From assembly GCA_963841435.1 (NCBI GenBank), contig CAWJCS010000006.1, positions 448,001 through 512,000 on the forward strand: a stretch of DNA of 64,000 bases, written 5' to 3'. Position numbers and translations under genes: made by a program. A model generated the notes under the pieces. The model was not told where the DNA came from and did no database searches. It worked only from the letters and a program-made list of their open reading frames with translations. This DNA comes from an uncultured delta proteobacterium. Lineage in GTDB: Bacteria > Myxococcota_A > Polyangia > Polyangiales > Polyangiaceae. This document shows positions 50,152 through 59,799 of the stretch, in pieces; the stretch's first letter is position 1; every line of letters begins with the position of its first letter.

Positions 50152-51411
50152 ATGAAAACCCCCCCCGTTGAAGGTGGCATCGTCGTCGGTCTCGATCTCG
50201 GTACCACCAAGGTCTCCGCGGTCGTCGGAGAGGTGGACGCCGAAGGCATCACGATCCTCGGTGTCGGCAACGTGCCGTGCCGCGGCCTGCGCAAGGGCGT
50301 GGTCAGCAACATCGACTGGACCGTGCGCAGCATCCGCGAGGCGGTCGACGCCGCACAGACCATGGCCGGCGTCGAAATCGAAACCGTCTACGTCGGCGTC
50401 GCCGGCAGCCACATCCGCTGCCAGGTCTCCGACGGCGTGTGCGCCATCTCGGGTCGCGAGGTGACGCGCGCCGATCTCGAGCGCGTGCTCGAAGGCGCTC
50501 GTGCCATCCCGGTCGATGCCGACCGGATGATCCTCCACGCGCTGCCGCGCGAGTACGTGGTCGACAATCAGGACGGCATCCGCGATCCGGTCGGCATGAG
50601 CGGCGTGCGCCTGCAGGTGCGCGTGAACCTGGTCACGGCGGCCACTTCCTGCATCCAGAACGTCGTGCGCTGCGTCGAGCGCTGCGACCTCAGCGTCGCG
50701 GACATCGTGCTCGAGCCGCTCGCCAGCGCCGACGCGGTGCTCAGCGAAGACGAGAAGGAAATCGGCGTCGCCGTCATCGACATCGGCGGCGGCACGACGG
50801 ATCTGCTCCTGTTCGCCGACGGTGGCATCGCTCACACGAGCGTCATCCCGGCCGGCGGCAACAACATCACGCTCGACGTCGCGGCGGGGCTCCGCACGCC
50901 CGTCGCCGAGGCCGAGCGCCTCAAGCGCAACTACGGCTGCGCCCTCGGTCGCATGATCGCCGACGACGAGGAGATCGAGGTGCCGGGCGTCGGCGGCCAT
51001 GCCCCGCGCCGGGTCGCTCGCCGCCTGCTGAGCGACATCATCGAGCCGCGCGTCGAGGAGATCTTCGGCGAGGCACGGCGTCGCATCGAGGAGACGGGCA
51101 TGCTCGAGCAGGTGAGCTCGGGCTGCGTCCTCACGGGCGGCGCCGCGCTGATGGAAGGCATGGTCGAGTGCGCCGAGGAGATCCTGGGTATGCCGGTGCG
51201 GCTCGGGTTCCCCGTGGGCGTGAAGGGTATCTTCCAGCTCGTGCAGGGACCGCAGTACGCGACCGGCGTCGGCCTCGTGCGCTACGGCGCCGCGGAGCTC
51301 ATCGAGCACGCGGCCCGCGCCGAGGAGCACCGTGGGGGGGAACCGACACTCCGGGCCGTCGAGGCTCGCAAGGGATCCGGGATTTGGGAGTGGGTGCGCG
51401 CCGCCTTCTAG
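50152..51411 (+). CDS. ftsA: Cell division protein FtsA
   Basis: GLDLGTTKV, GLRKGVV, DIGGGTTD, AERLK, VLTGG, YATGVGL. Confidence 0.98.
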   Translation: MKTPPVEGGIVVGLDLGTTKVSAVVGEVDAEGITILGVGNVPCRGLRKGVVSNIDWTVRSIREAVDAAQTMAGVEIETVYVGVAGSHIRCQVSDGVCAISGREVTRADLERVLEGARAIPVDADRMILHALPREYVVDNQDGIRDPVGMSGVRLQVRVNLVTAATSCIQNVVRCVERCDLSVADIVLEPLASADAVLSEDEKEIGVAVIDIGGGTTDLLLFADGGIAHTSVIPAGGNNITLDVAAGLRTPVAEAERLKRNYGCALGRMIADDEEIEVPGVGGHAPRRVARRLLSDIIEPRVEEIFGEARRRIEETGMLEQVSSGCVLTGGAALMEGMVECAEEILGMPVRLGFPVGVKGIFQLVQGPQYATGVGLVRYGAAELIEHAARAEEHRGGEPTLRAVEARKGSGIWEWVRAAF

Positions 51412-51431
51412 GCGCACCAAAAGGCGAGGTC

Positions 51432-52676
51432 ATGAGCTTTTCAATCGAATTCGCAGAAGAGTCCCACGCGTACAACGCCCGCATCAAGGTGATCGGGGTT
51501 GGTGGCTCCGGTGGCAATGCCATCAACACGATGATCCACTTCGGTCTCGAGGGCGTGGAGTTCGTGAGCGTCAATACCGACGCCCAGGCGCTGAGCTCCA
51601 ATGCCGCGGTCGAGAAGATCGCGATCGGGCAGAACGTGACCCGGGGCCTCGGCGCCGGCGCGGATCCCGAGCGCGGGCGCAAGGCCGCGCTCGAGGACGT
51701 GAATCGCCTCAAGGAGATCGTGATGGGCGCCGACATGGTGTTCGTCACGGCGGGCATGGGCGGCGGAACCGGCACGGGCGCAGCGCCGATCGTCGCGCAG
51801 CTCGCGCGCGAGGCCGGTGCGCTCACCGTGGGCGTCGTCACCAAGCCCTTCGGCTTCGAGGGCAAGCTCAGGGCACGCCGCGCCGAGCAGGGCATCGTCG
51901 CTCTCAGCGAGCACGTCGATACCCTCATCACCATCCCCAACGAAAAGCTCATGACGCTCGCCGACGACGACCTCACCTTCGTCGACGCCTTCCGCAAGGC
52001 CGACGAGGTGCTGTTCCAGGCGGTCAAGGGCATCAGCGACCTCATCACGCTCGACGGCATCGTGAACGTCGATTTCGCCGACGTGCGCACCGTGATGGCG
52101 GGCAACGGCCGTGCTCTCATGGGTACCGGGTGCGCCAAGGGCGAGGGGCGTGCGCGGCTCGCCGCGGAGCAGGCGATTCACTCGCCGCTGCTCGACGACA
52201 TCTCGGTGCAGGGCGCGACTGGCGTGCTCATCAACGTCGTGGGCGGCCACGACATGAAGATGAAGGAAATCCAGGAAGCGGCGTCGCTCGTTCAGGAGCA
52301 GGCGCACGAGGACGCAAACATCATCTTCGGCGCGAGCATCGACGAGAGCATGGGCGACGCGCTCAAGGTCACGGTGATCGCCACGGGTTTCAACCCGGTT
52401 GCCGAGGAAATACCCGTCGAAATCGCGCGCGAAACGCGCCGCAGCAGCCTCTCCTTGCGCGAGAGCCTCGCGCCGCGCTCCGCGGCCGCCGCGTCGCGCG
52501 ACGCCGCCCCCGCGTTCTCGACGCGTCGCCCCGCCGCTCCGGCGCAGCAGGCCACGAATGCCCGCGACGGCCAGATCGGCCTGCCCGTGTTGCGCGATCG
52601 CATCACGTTCCCCTCGGCGCTCGATCCCGATGCCGAGTGGGACGTGCCGGCGTTTCAGCGTCGACAGGGTGGTTGA
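51432..52676 (+). CDS. ftsZ: Cell division protein FtsZ
   Basis: IKVIGVGGSGGNA, GMGGGTGTG, NVDFADV, C-terminal DVPAFQR. Confidence 0.99.
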   Translation: MSFSIEFAEESHAYNARIKVIGVGGSGGNAINTMIHFGLEGVEFVSVNTDAQALSSNAAVEKIAIGQNVTRGLGAGADPERGRKAALEDVNRLKEIVMGADMVFVTAGMGGGTGTGAAPIVAQLAREAGALTVGVVTKPFGFEGKLRARRAEQGIVALSEHVDTLITIPNEKLMTLADDDLTFVDAFRKADEVLFQAVKGISDLITLDGIVNVDFADVRTVMAGNGRALMGTGCAKGEGRARLAAEQAIHSPLLDDISVQGATGVLINVVGGHDMKMKEIQEAASLVQEQAHEDANIIFGASIDESMGDALKVTVIATGFNPVAEEIPVEIARETRRSSLSLRESLAPRSAAAASRDAAPAFSTRRPAAPAQQATNARDGQIGLPVLRDRITFPSALDPDAEWDVPAFQRRQGG

Positions 52677-52718
52677 GGGCTGGTCGCGGGCCGCTCGATG
52701 CCCAAAGAGGGCACCGAG

Positions 52719-52748
52719 TTGACGAAAAGAGTGGCCGCTCGGTACTAT
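52719..52748 (+). promoter_or_regulatory. Sigma70-type promoter of the chemosensory operon
   Basis: TTGACG(52719)-N18-TACTAT(52743). Confidence 0.6.
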
Positions 52749-52836
52749 GTGAGTTGATGTTCGAGGGTGTCTGTCGGAGCGTCTTTGGCGCTGCTACCCC
52801 AAAGGTAGCCCCGGACTAGGGAAGAGAGGGGGACCC

Positions 52837-53262
52837 ACGGCCACCTTTCTGCTCTGTCGCATCGGGGCTCGTGTCTGCGGCCTGCCGCTCGACCACGTCC
52901 GCGAGGTGATGCGTGCGCTCCCCATCGAGCGCGTCGCGGGTGTGCCAAGCTTCGTGCTTGGCGTGAGCGTCGTGAGGGGCGAGCCGTGTCCGGTCGTCAA
53001 CGCAGCCGCGTTGCTCGGCGGCGACGCCCGCTCGGGCGCTCGGCTCGTGTCGCTCCGTGTCGCCGAGCGCAGCGTGGCGTTGCGGGTCGACGCCGTGCTC
53101 GGGACGCGGAGCGTTCCGGACGCCGTGCTCGGCAGCGTGGCGCCGCTCCTTTCGGGCGCACCCGGCCGCGACGCGCTCGGCGCACTCGACGGCCAGCTGC
53201 TCGAGATCCTGGATCTCGCGCGCCTTCTCCCCGTGGAGCAAGCGGCGGAGCTCATGCCTTGA
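52837..53262 (+). CDS. cheW: CheW adaptor (apparent ACG at the start position)
   Basis: FLLCRIGARVCGLPLDHVREVMR...FVLGVSVVRGEPCPVV...VALRVDAVLG; homology extends upstream of the called GTG at 52906. Confidence 0.88.
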   Translation, partial: TATFLLCRIGARVCGLPLDHVREVMRALPIERVAGVPSFVLGVSVVRGEPCPVVNAAALLGGDARSGARLVSLRVAERSVALRVDAVLGTRSVPDAVLGSVAPLLSGAPGRDALGALDGQLLEILDLARLLPVEQAAELMP

Positions 53263-54725
53263 GCGCGCCTTCCGATCCCATCGCCCAGCGGCTGGGAGCG
53301 GCTGTCGAGAAGCGCCTTGGGGTTTCGCTCGACGCGCGCGGGTTGTGCGACCTCGTGGAGCGGCTGTATGCCACGCGTGGTATCGCCGCAGCCGACGCGC
53401 TCGTCGCAGGCCTCGAGAGCGGGGGCGAGCGCGAGCTCTTGGAGCTCGTCCCCACGCTTACAGTGGGGGAAACCTACTTTTTTCGTCACCGGGCTCAGTT
53501 CGACGCGCTAGCTTCGCTGGTCGCCCGGGGCGAGCTCGGCAAGCTTCGCCTGAGCTGTCTCAGTGCGGCTTGCGCTTCGGGCGAGGAGCCCTATTCGCTG
53601 GCCATGGTCCTCGACGAGCTCGGTGGGGCCGCGGCCCGGGGCGCGACGATCGCGGCGTTCGACGTGAACCCGGTGGCGCTCGAGCGGGCGCGGACCCGTC
53701 GTTATGCCGCGTGGTCGTTGCGCGAGACCAGCGCCGAGGCGAAGCGGCGCTGGTTCGCGGCGACGGGCGGAGGCTTCGAGATCTCTCCGGTCATCGCGGA
53801 ATCGGTCACGTTCGTCGAGGGCAATTTAACGGTGGACGACGACGAGCTGTTTCGGGAGGGCGCCTACGACGTCGTGTTCTGTCGCAACGTGCTCATGTAT
53901 TTCACGCGCGAGCAGGCCGCGCGGGCAGTCGCGCGCATCGCGCGAAGCCTCGTGCCCGGGGGCTATCTGTTCCTCGGGCACGCAGAGACCTTGCGGGGCC
54001 TGAGCCACGACTATCAGCTCTGCCACGCCGACGGCGCCTTCTACTATCGCCGCAGAGGGAGCGCCCTGCAGCCGGCGCCCGAAACGGCCGGCCCCGGCGT
54101 GCGGGACGTGTGGACGCTGCCATCGAGCGATTGGGTCGAGGCCATCGGCGACGCAACGCGTCGCATCGAGGCCCTGTCGGCCTCCACGCCGCCGGGGTCG
54201 GCCATGGCGGGCGCTCGGCAAGCCGATCTGAGCGAGCCCCTGCGGCTGCTCGGCGAGGAACGCTTCGAGGAAGCGCTCGGGCTGCTCGGGTCCCCGGGCC
54301 ATCGTGCGGCGGCCAGCGATCCCGAGCACCGCCTGCTCGAGGCCGCGCTCTACGTGCAGACCGGCCGGCTCCATGACGCCGAGCGCGCCTGCGAGGCACT
54401 CCTTTCGCTCGACGGTCTAGACGGCGAGGTCTACCACCTGCTCGGTCTGTGCCACGAGGGTAGGGGGCGAGTGCCGGCGGCGCTCGAGGCGTACCGGATG
54501 GCCGCGCACCTGGCGCCGACGTTCTCGCTGCCCCGCTTTCAGCTCGGCCTACTGCTCAGGCGTTGGGGGGAAGCGGGCCCCGCGCGGGAGGCGCTTTCCG
54601 AGGCCCGAGCGCTGCTCGAACGCGAGGACGCATCGCGCATTCTTTTGTTCGGGGGCGGCTTCGGGCGTGCGGCCCTACTCGCTTGCTGCAACGCGGAGCT
54701 CGCGGCGCTCGAGGCGAGATCATGA
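53259..54725 (+). CDS. cheR: CheR methyltransferase with C-terminal TPR (WspC-like)
   Basis: TVGETYFFR, SAACASGEEPYSLA, DVVFCRNVLMYF, GGYLFLGHAE, TPR repeats; TTG start overlaps the cheW stop. Confidence 0.95.
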   Translation: MSAPSDPIAQRLGAAVEKRLGVSLDARGLCDLVERLYATRGIAAADALVAGLESGGERELLELVPTLTVGETYFFRHRAQFDALASLVARGELGKLRLSCLSAACASGEEPYSLAMVLDELGGAAARGATIAAFDVNPVALERARTRRYAAWSLRETSAEAKRRWFAATGGGFEISPVIAESVTFVEGNLTVDDDELFREGAYDVVFCRNVLMYFTREQAARAVARIARSLVPGGYLFLGHAETLRGLSHDYQLCHADGAFYYRRRGSALQPAPETAGPGVRDVWTLPSSDWVEAIGDATRRIEALSASTPPGSAMAGARQADLSEPLRLLGEERFEEALGLLGSPGHRAAASDPEHRLLEAALYVQTGRLHDAERACEALLSLDGLDGEVYHLLGLCHEGRGRVPAALEAYRMAAHLAPTFSLPRFQLGLLLRRWGEAGPAREALSEARALLEREDASRILLFGGGFGRAALLACCNAELAALEARS

Positions 54726-55240
54726 GCGAGCACGACGACGACCGCTTGCGAGTGCTGCGCGAAACGTTCGATCGCTCCTTCGCGGAGCCCTATTTCGGCA
54801 CGGTGAAACGGACCGCGCCGCTGCTCGAGGTGCGCGTCGCGGAGTCACCGTACGCCCTCGATCTCGCCGAAATCGGTGCCGTGGTCGCGGGCATCTCGCC
54901 CACTCCGGTGCCGAGCGACGAGCCAGCGTTGTTGGGCGTCGTCGGCGTCTCGGGCGAGCTCATCGCGGTTTACGACCTGTCGCGCGTGCTAGGCCACGAG
55001 GGGTCGCGCCCGCCGCGCTGGCTCGCGCGCGTGCGCGGGCAGCCCGTGGCGTTCGCGTTCGACGCTCTCGACGGGCACAGCCAGCTGCCACCCGGGGTGC
55101 TCCTCGAGCCCGCAGCCGAAGGGGCGGACGCGCTGCCGGAGCTCGTGTGGCTGTCTGGCCTTTCGCGTCCCTTGATTCGACTTTCCGTGCTGGCCGCTCG
55201 GCTTCGGCGGCGGCTCACCCCGAGAGAGGAAGCGTTGTGA
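54722..55240 (+). CDS. cheW: Second CheW-domain protein
   Basis: [37 protein letters not shown]. Confidence 0.88.
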   Translation: MSEHDDDRLRVLRETFDRSFAEPYFGTVKRTAPLLEVRVAESPYALDLAEIGAVVAGISPTPVPSDEPALLGVVGVSGELIAVYDLSRVLGHEGSRPPRWLARVRGQPVAFAFDALDGHSQLPPGVLLEPAAEGADALPELVWLSGLSRPLIRLSVLAARLRRRLTPREEAL

Positions 55241-55241
55241 C

Positions 55242-56708
55242 ATGAAGAACGAGTGGAGCTTCGGCAGGAAGATCGGCGTCGGATTTGCGCTTGCGGTGGC
55301 GCTCACGGTGGCCGTGGGCTGGATCGGCGCGTACGCCCTGCGTCGCGTCGTCAACGCCAAGGACCGCGTTCTGTCTCGCACGGCGACGGCACTCGTCGAC
55401 GGCCAGCGCTTCGAAGCCAACGTCGAGGCCGAAGTGTCGGCGATTCGTGGCTACGCGCTCACACGGGAGCCGCACTATCTCGAGGAATGGTCGAGCGTGC
55501 GTGCCGAGGCGCTCAAGATCATGGGACACTTGCGCGCTGGCGCGACGCAGCGCGCGGCGCTCGCCGAAGACGTTGCGAGGGCCGAGGAGGACTATTTTCA
55601 CGCGCAGCAGGCGCTCGTGGAGCTCGTCAAGCGTGGTGGGTCGCCCGCAGAAATCTCGCAGTCACTCGTCTCCGATCTACGGCCCGGCCGCCGTCAGCTG
55701 CGGACGGCCGTCGATGCCCTCGTGAGCGCCGAGGAGCAGGCCCTGAAGGTCGAGACCCAGGAAGGCACGCGGATTGCGAGCTCGGCCATCGAGCAGGTCG
55801 TGATGCTCACCGCATTCGTGGGGTTGCTCGCAGCCGTGGTCGCCGCCCTCCTGGTTCGCACGCTCAGCCGGCAGATCGGCTCGGCCGTCGGACAGGTGCA
55901 AAGTTCCTCGGCCGAGCTCCAGGCCGCCGCCAACCAGCAGGCGGCGAGCTCGCGCGAGCAGTCGACGGCCATGGCCGAGATCACGACCACGATCAGCGAG
56001 CTTTTGGCCACCTCACGTCAGATCGCCGAGAGCTCGCAGCGAGTAGCGCAGATGGCGGCACAGACGGCGGGCTCCGCTCGCTCGGGCGACGAAACTGTGG
56101 CGCGCGCTCGTGAGTCCATCGCGGGCATTCAGCGCCAGGTGGAGCTCGTCGTGGGGCACATGCTCGATCTCGGCAAGAAATCGCAGCAGATCGGGGTCGT
56201 GCTCGACATCGTCTCCGAGCTCGCCGAGCAGACCAACATCCTCGCCATCAACGCCACCATCGAGGCGACCGGCGCGGGTGACGCCGGACGCCGCTTCGGC
56301 GTCGTGGCCGACGAGATCCGCAAGCTTGCCGACCGAGTCGCCGGCTCGACGAAGGAGATCCGCAGGCTCATCGAGGAGGTGCGCAGCGCCGTCAACACCA
56401 CCGTCATGGTCACCGAGACGGGTTCCAAAGCCGTCGATGCCGGCACGCGCCAGTTCGGTGACGTCACGACCGCGCTCCGCCAGATCGGCGGGCTCGTCTC
56501 GAGCACGACGGATGCCGCGCGCGAAATCGAGCTCTCCACGAAGCAGCAGAGTACGGCCGTCGAGCAGGTCAACGTCGCGATCGCCAACGTCGCCCAGGCG
56601 TCGAAGGAATCCGAAGTGAGCTCGGCGCAAACGCTGCAGACCGCGTCGCAGCTCGCGACGCTTTCCAAGGATTTGTTGCGCTTGATTCGGCCCGACAAGG
56701 CGGCTTGA
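55242..56708 (+). CDS. Methyl-accepting chemotaxis protein with periplasmic CHASE3-like sensor
   Basis: Two TMs; [42 protein letters not shown]. Confidence 0.96.
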   Translation: MKNEWSFGRKIGVGFALAVALTVAVGWIGAYALRRVVNAKDRVLSRTATALVDGQRFEANVEAEVSAIRGYALTREPHYLEEWSSVRAEALKIMGHLRAGATQRAALAEDVARAEEDYFHAQQALVELVKRGGSPAEISQSLVSDLRPGRRQLRTAVDALVSAEEQALKVETQEGTRIASSAIEQVVMLTAFVGLLAAVVAALLVRTLSRQIGSAVGQVQSSSAELQAAANQQAASSREQSTAMAEITTTISELLATSRQIAESSQRVAQMAAQTAGSARSGDETVARARESIAGIQRQVELVVGHMLDLGKKSQQIGVVLDIVSELAEQTNILAINATIEATGAGDAGRRFGVVADEIRKLADRVAGSTKEIRRLIEEVRSAVNTTVMVTETGSKAVDAGTRQFGDVTTALRQIGGLVSSTTDAAREIELSTKQQSTAVEQVNVAIANVAQASKESEVSSAQTLQTASQLATLSKDLLRLIRPDKAA

Positions 56709-58732
56709 TGCCGAACGACGACCCGTTCAAGTACTTTCGCGTCGAGGCGGTGGAGCTCACCGAGCTATTGACTCAGGGCGCCGCGGCGCTCGAGCAGGGC
56801 CTGGTGCCGCCGGCCGGCGTGGCCGCGCTCTTGCGCCACGCCCACACGCTCAAGGGAGCGGCACGCGTCGTGAAGCAGCCTGAAATCGGCGACCAGGCGC
56901 ACGCCATCGAGGATTTGCTCTCGCCGTACCGCGCGCCCGGGGCGCAGCCGCCGGTCGAGTGCGGGCGGGCGTTGCTCGAGCGTCTCGCGGCCATCCGGGC
57001 GCTGCTCGCGTCGCTGGGCGCGCCGATCGAGCGGCGGAACGCCAAACCTTCGGTTGCCGACGACCTTCGCACGCTGCGCCTCGACGTGAAGGAGATCGAA
57101 GCGGTCGTCGAGAGCGTCGCCGAGGCGCTCGCCGAGCTCGAGCCGTTGCGCGAGGCGCTGCCCGTGCTCGACGACACCAAGAAGCTCAGCGCGTTGCTCG
57201 GTCGGCAGCTCGACGCCGCTCGTTCCGACGATGCGCGGCGCGTCGCGGGTGCGCGCTCGATTGCCGGCAATCTCGAACAGGGCCTGGGCAAGGTCGAGCG
57301 GATCGTTCGGTCCGGGTTCGAGCGGCTCGAGCGCGCGCTCGAGCAGACGCACGTGCGCGCGGAGCGCCTGCGCCTCATTCCCGTCGAGCGGCTTTTCGAA
57401 GTGCTCGAGAGCGCGGGGCGCGAGGCGGCGGCCGAGCTTGGTCTCGAGCTCGTCTTCGAACGCTCGGGCGACGACCTCAGGGTCAACGCGCACGCCCTTG
57501 GCGTCGCCCAGCGCGCGCTGCTCCACGTCGTTCGCAACGTGGTGGCGCACGGCATCGAGCCTCCGGCCGAGCGCGTTGCCGCCGGCAAGCCGCGCGCGGG
57601 CTCGGTGCGGCTCGGTGTGAGGCGAGATCGACGCCAGGTCGTGTTCAGCTGTCGCGACGACGGTCGAGGGCTCGACACCTCGGCGGTTCGGCGCGCGCTG
57701 GAGGCGGCGGGCGTCCACGTCGGCGGCCTCGGCGAGGCTGCCCTGCTCGAACGTCTGCTGGAGAGCGGGGTCTCGACCGCGACCGGTATCACGGGGCTTT
57801 CCGGCCGAGGCCTGGGCCTCGACGTCGTGCGCGACGCAGCGGAGACGCTCGGCGGTTCCGCCCGGCTCTTCACCGAGCGCGGTCGAGGTTTCGGGGTCGA
57901 GCTCAGACTGCCAATCACGGCGCTCTCCATCCCCGGCTTGGCCGTCGAGTGCGAGGGTCGCGTGCTCACCGTTCCGCTCCACGCCGTGCTCGAATGCGCG
58001 CGCCTGCGCCGCGATGAGATTTCGCATGGTGCCGAGGGAGACCAGGTGGCGTACGCGGGGACCCCCGTCCCTTTTGCGCCGCTTTCACGCGTGCTCGGGG
58101 CCACGCCGGGCTCACAGCGCGACGCCTGGGCCGCGCTCTTCGTCCGCGGAGACGGAGGGACGGCGGCCGTCGGCGTCGATCGCCTGCTCGGTCCGCGCAA
58201 CGTCGCCCTGCAGCTATTGCCCGAAGTGGCGCGCGCGAGCAACGTCGTGGCCGGAGCGTCGCTCGACGCGCTCGGCCAGCCCGAGCTCGTGCTCGATCCG
58301 GACGGCCTCGTCGCCAGGATCCGTCGTTCGGCGCACCGCGAGGTCACGCGTCGCGCGCCACGCCGGGTGGTGCTGGTCATCGACGACTCGCTGACGACGC
58401 GCATGCTCGAGCAGAGCATTCTCGAATCGGCGGGCTATGACGTAGACCTCGCCACCTCCGCCGAGGAAGCGCTCGAGCACGCCGACCCCGAGCGCCACGC
58501 GCTGTTTCTGGTCAACGTCGAGATGCCGGGCATCGACGGTTTCACGTTCGTCGAGCGGATCCGCAACGATCCCCGGCTCGGCCGCATCCCGGCCGTGCTC
58601 GTGAGCTCACGCGCCGCTCCCGAGGATCTGGCGCGCGGCAAGGCTCTGGGTGCAGCGGGGTACATGGTCAAGGACCGCTTCGACCAGAAGGAGCTGCTTT
58701 CACTGATCGCGCGACTCGTGGGGCCCGCATGA
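56708..58732 (+). CDS. cheA: Hybrid CheA (Hpt-kinase-CheW-REC, WspE-like); receiver has Asn at the phosphoacceptor site
   Basis: AHTLKGAAR, RNVVAHGIE, DDGRG, SGRGLGLDVV, IDDS...FLVNVEMPG. Confidence 0.95.
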   Translation: MPNDDPFKYFRVEAVELTELLTQGAAALEQGLVPPAGVAALLRHAHTLKGAARVVKQPEIGDQAHAIEDLLSPYRAPGAQPPVECGRALLERLAAIRALLASLGAPIERRNAKPSVADDLRTLRLDVKEIEAVVESVAEALAELEPLREALPVLDDTKKLSALLGRQLDAARSDDARRVAGARSIAGNLEQGLGKVERIVRSGFERLERALEQTHVRAERLRLIPVERLFEVLESAGREAAAELGLELVFERSGDDLRVNAHALGVAQRALLHVVRNVVAHGIEPPAERVAAGKPRAGSVRLGVRRDRRQVVFSCRDDGRGLDTSAVRRALEAAGVHVGGLGEAALLERLLESGVSTATGITGLSGRGLGLDVVRDAAETLGGSARLFTERGRGFGVELRLPITALSIPGLAVECEGRVLTVPLHAVLECARLRRDEISHGAEGDQVAYAGTPVPFAPLSRVLGATPGSQRDAWAALFVRGDGGTAAVGVDRLLGPRNVALQLLPEVARASNVVAGASLDALGQPELVLDPDGLVARIRRSAHREVTRRAPRRVVLVIDDSLTTRMLEQSILESAGYDVDLATSAEEALEHADPERHALFLVNVEMPGIDGFTFVERIRNDPRLGRIPAVLVSSRAAPEDLARGKALGAAGYMVKDRFDQKELLSLIARLVGPA

Positions 58733-59799
58733 GCGCGCTCAGGGTTCTCATCGTGGACGATTCGCTCACCGTGCGTTCACGGCTCGCCGAGGTGCTCGGC
58801 GCGAGCGACGACATGTGCGTCGTCGGCGCTGTCGGCGACGGCCAGAGCGCCGTCGAAGCGTGCGCGACGTTGCGCCCCGACGCCATCACCATGGACATGA
58901 TGCTGCCGGGCATGAACGGCTTGCAGGCAACCGAGCACATCATGGCGCACTTTCCCACGCCGATCCTCGTCGTGTCGTCCTCGTTCAATCGCGGCGAGCT
59001 CTTCAAGACGTACGACGCGCTCGCGGCGGGTGCGGTCAACGTGCTCGAAAAGCCGGCGGGTGACGAGCCCGAGGGCGCGTGGGAGGCTCGCCTGCTTGCG
59101 AGCTTGCGTCTCGTCTCGCGCGTCCGCGTCATCACCCACGTGCGTGCACGCCTTGGCACGCCGAGGGCGTCACCGTCACCGGTCGTGAACCTGGGCTGGG
59201 CGGGGTCGAGCCTAAGGCGTCGCGCGATCGCGCTCGGGGCTTCCACGGGCGGGCCTGCCGCGCTCGTGCGCGTCGTTGGCGCGCTGCCCCGCGAGGATCC
59301 CGTCCCCATACTGATCGTGTTGCACCTGGCAGCGCCGTTCGCGGGGGCGTTCGCCGAATGGTTCGGCGCGCAAACGCAGCGGTCGGTGCGCTACGCCGCG
59401 GGCGGCGAGCGCCTCGCCGAGCTCGACCATCAGGTGATCCTGGCGCCCCCGGATCGGCACCTCGTGGTTCGCGACGGTGCGCTCGCGCTAACGCTCGACC
59501 CGGAGCGCCACTCGTGCCGGCCGTCGGTCAACGTGCTGTTCGAGTCGCTCGCGGCCGAGCTTGGTGCGGGCGTCGCGGCCTGTCTACTCACGGGGATGGG
59601 CAAAGACGGCGCGCTCGGGCTCCTCGCCTTGCGTCGCGCGGGGTCCTTCACGCTCGCGCAAGACGAGGCCACGTCGTCGGTGTACGGCATGCCGCGCGAG
59701 GCAGCGCTGCTGGCGGCGGCCGCACGAGTGTTGTCGCTCGACGCGGTGGCGCCGGCGCTCGCGGGCTGGCTGTCGGTCGCCGCAGGCAGGGCGCGGTGA
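58729..59799 (+). CDS. cheB: Chemotaxis methylesterase CheB
   Basis: REC plus GASTGGP, VLH, LTGMGKDGA, QDEATSSVYGMP. Confidence 0.96.
   Translation: MSALRVLIVDDSLTVRSRLAEVLGASDDMCVVGAVGDGQSAVEACATLRPDAITMDMMLPGMNGLQATEHIMAHFPTPILVVSSSFNRGELFKTYDALAAGAVNVLEKPAGDEPEGAWEARLLASLRLVSRVRVITHVRARLGTPRASPSPVVNLGWAGSSLRRRAIALGASTGGPAALVRVVGALPREDPVPILIVLHLAAPFAGAFAEWFGAQTQRSVRYAAGGERLAELDHQVILAPPDRHLVVRDGALALTLDPERHSCRPSVNVLFESLAAELGAGVAACLLTGMGKDGALGLLALRRAGSFTLAQDEATSSVYGMPREAALLAAAARVLSLDAVAPALAGWLSVAAGRAR

Noticed and set aside
56391-56575. GTCAAC sites in the MCP (SAVN, EQVN) and RAVNEG at 62146 as D-to-N changes
   Set aside because: Asn is the usual residue in these motifs, so they were not counted.
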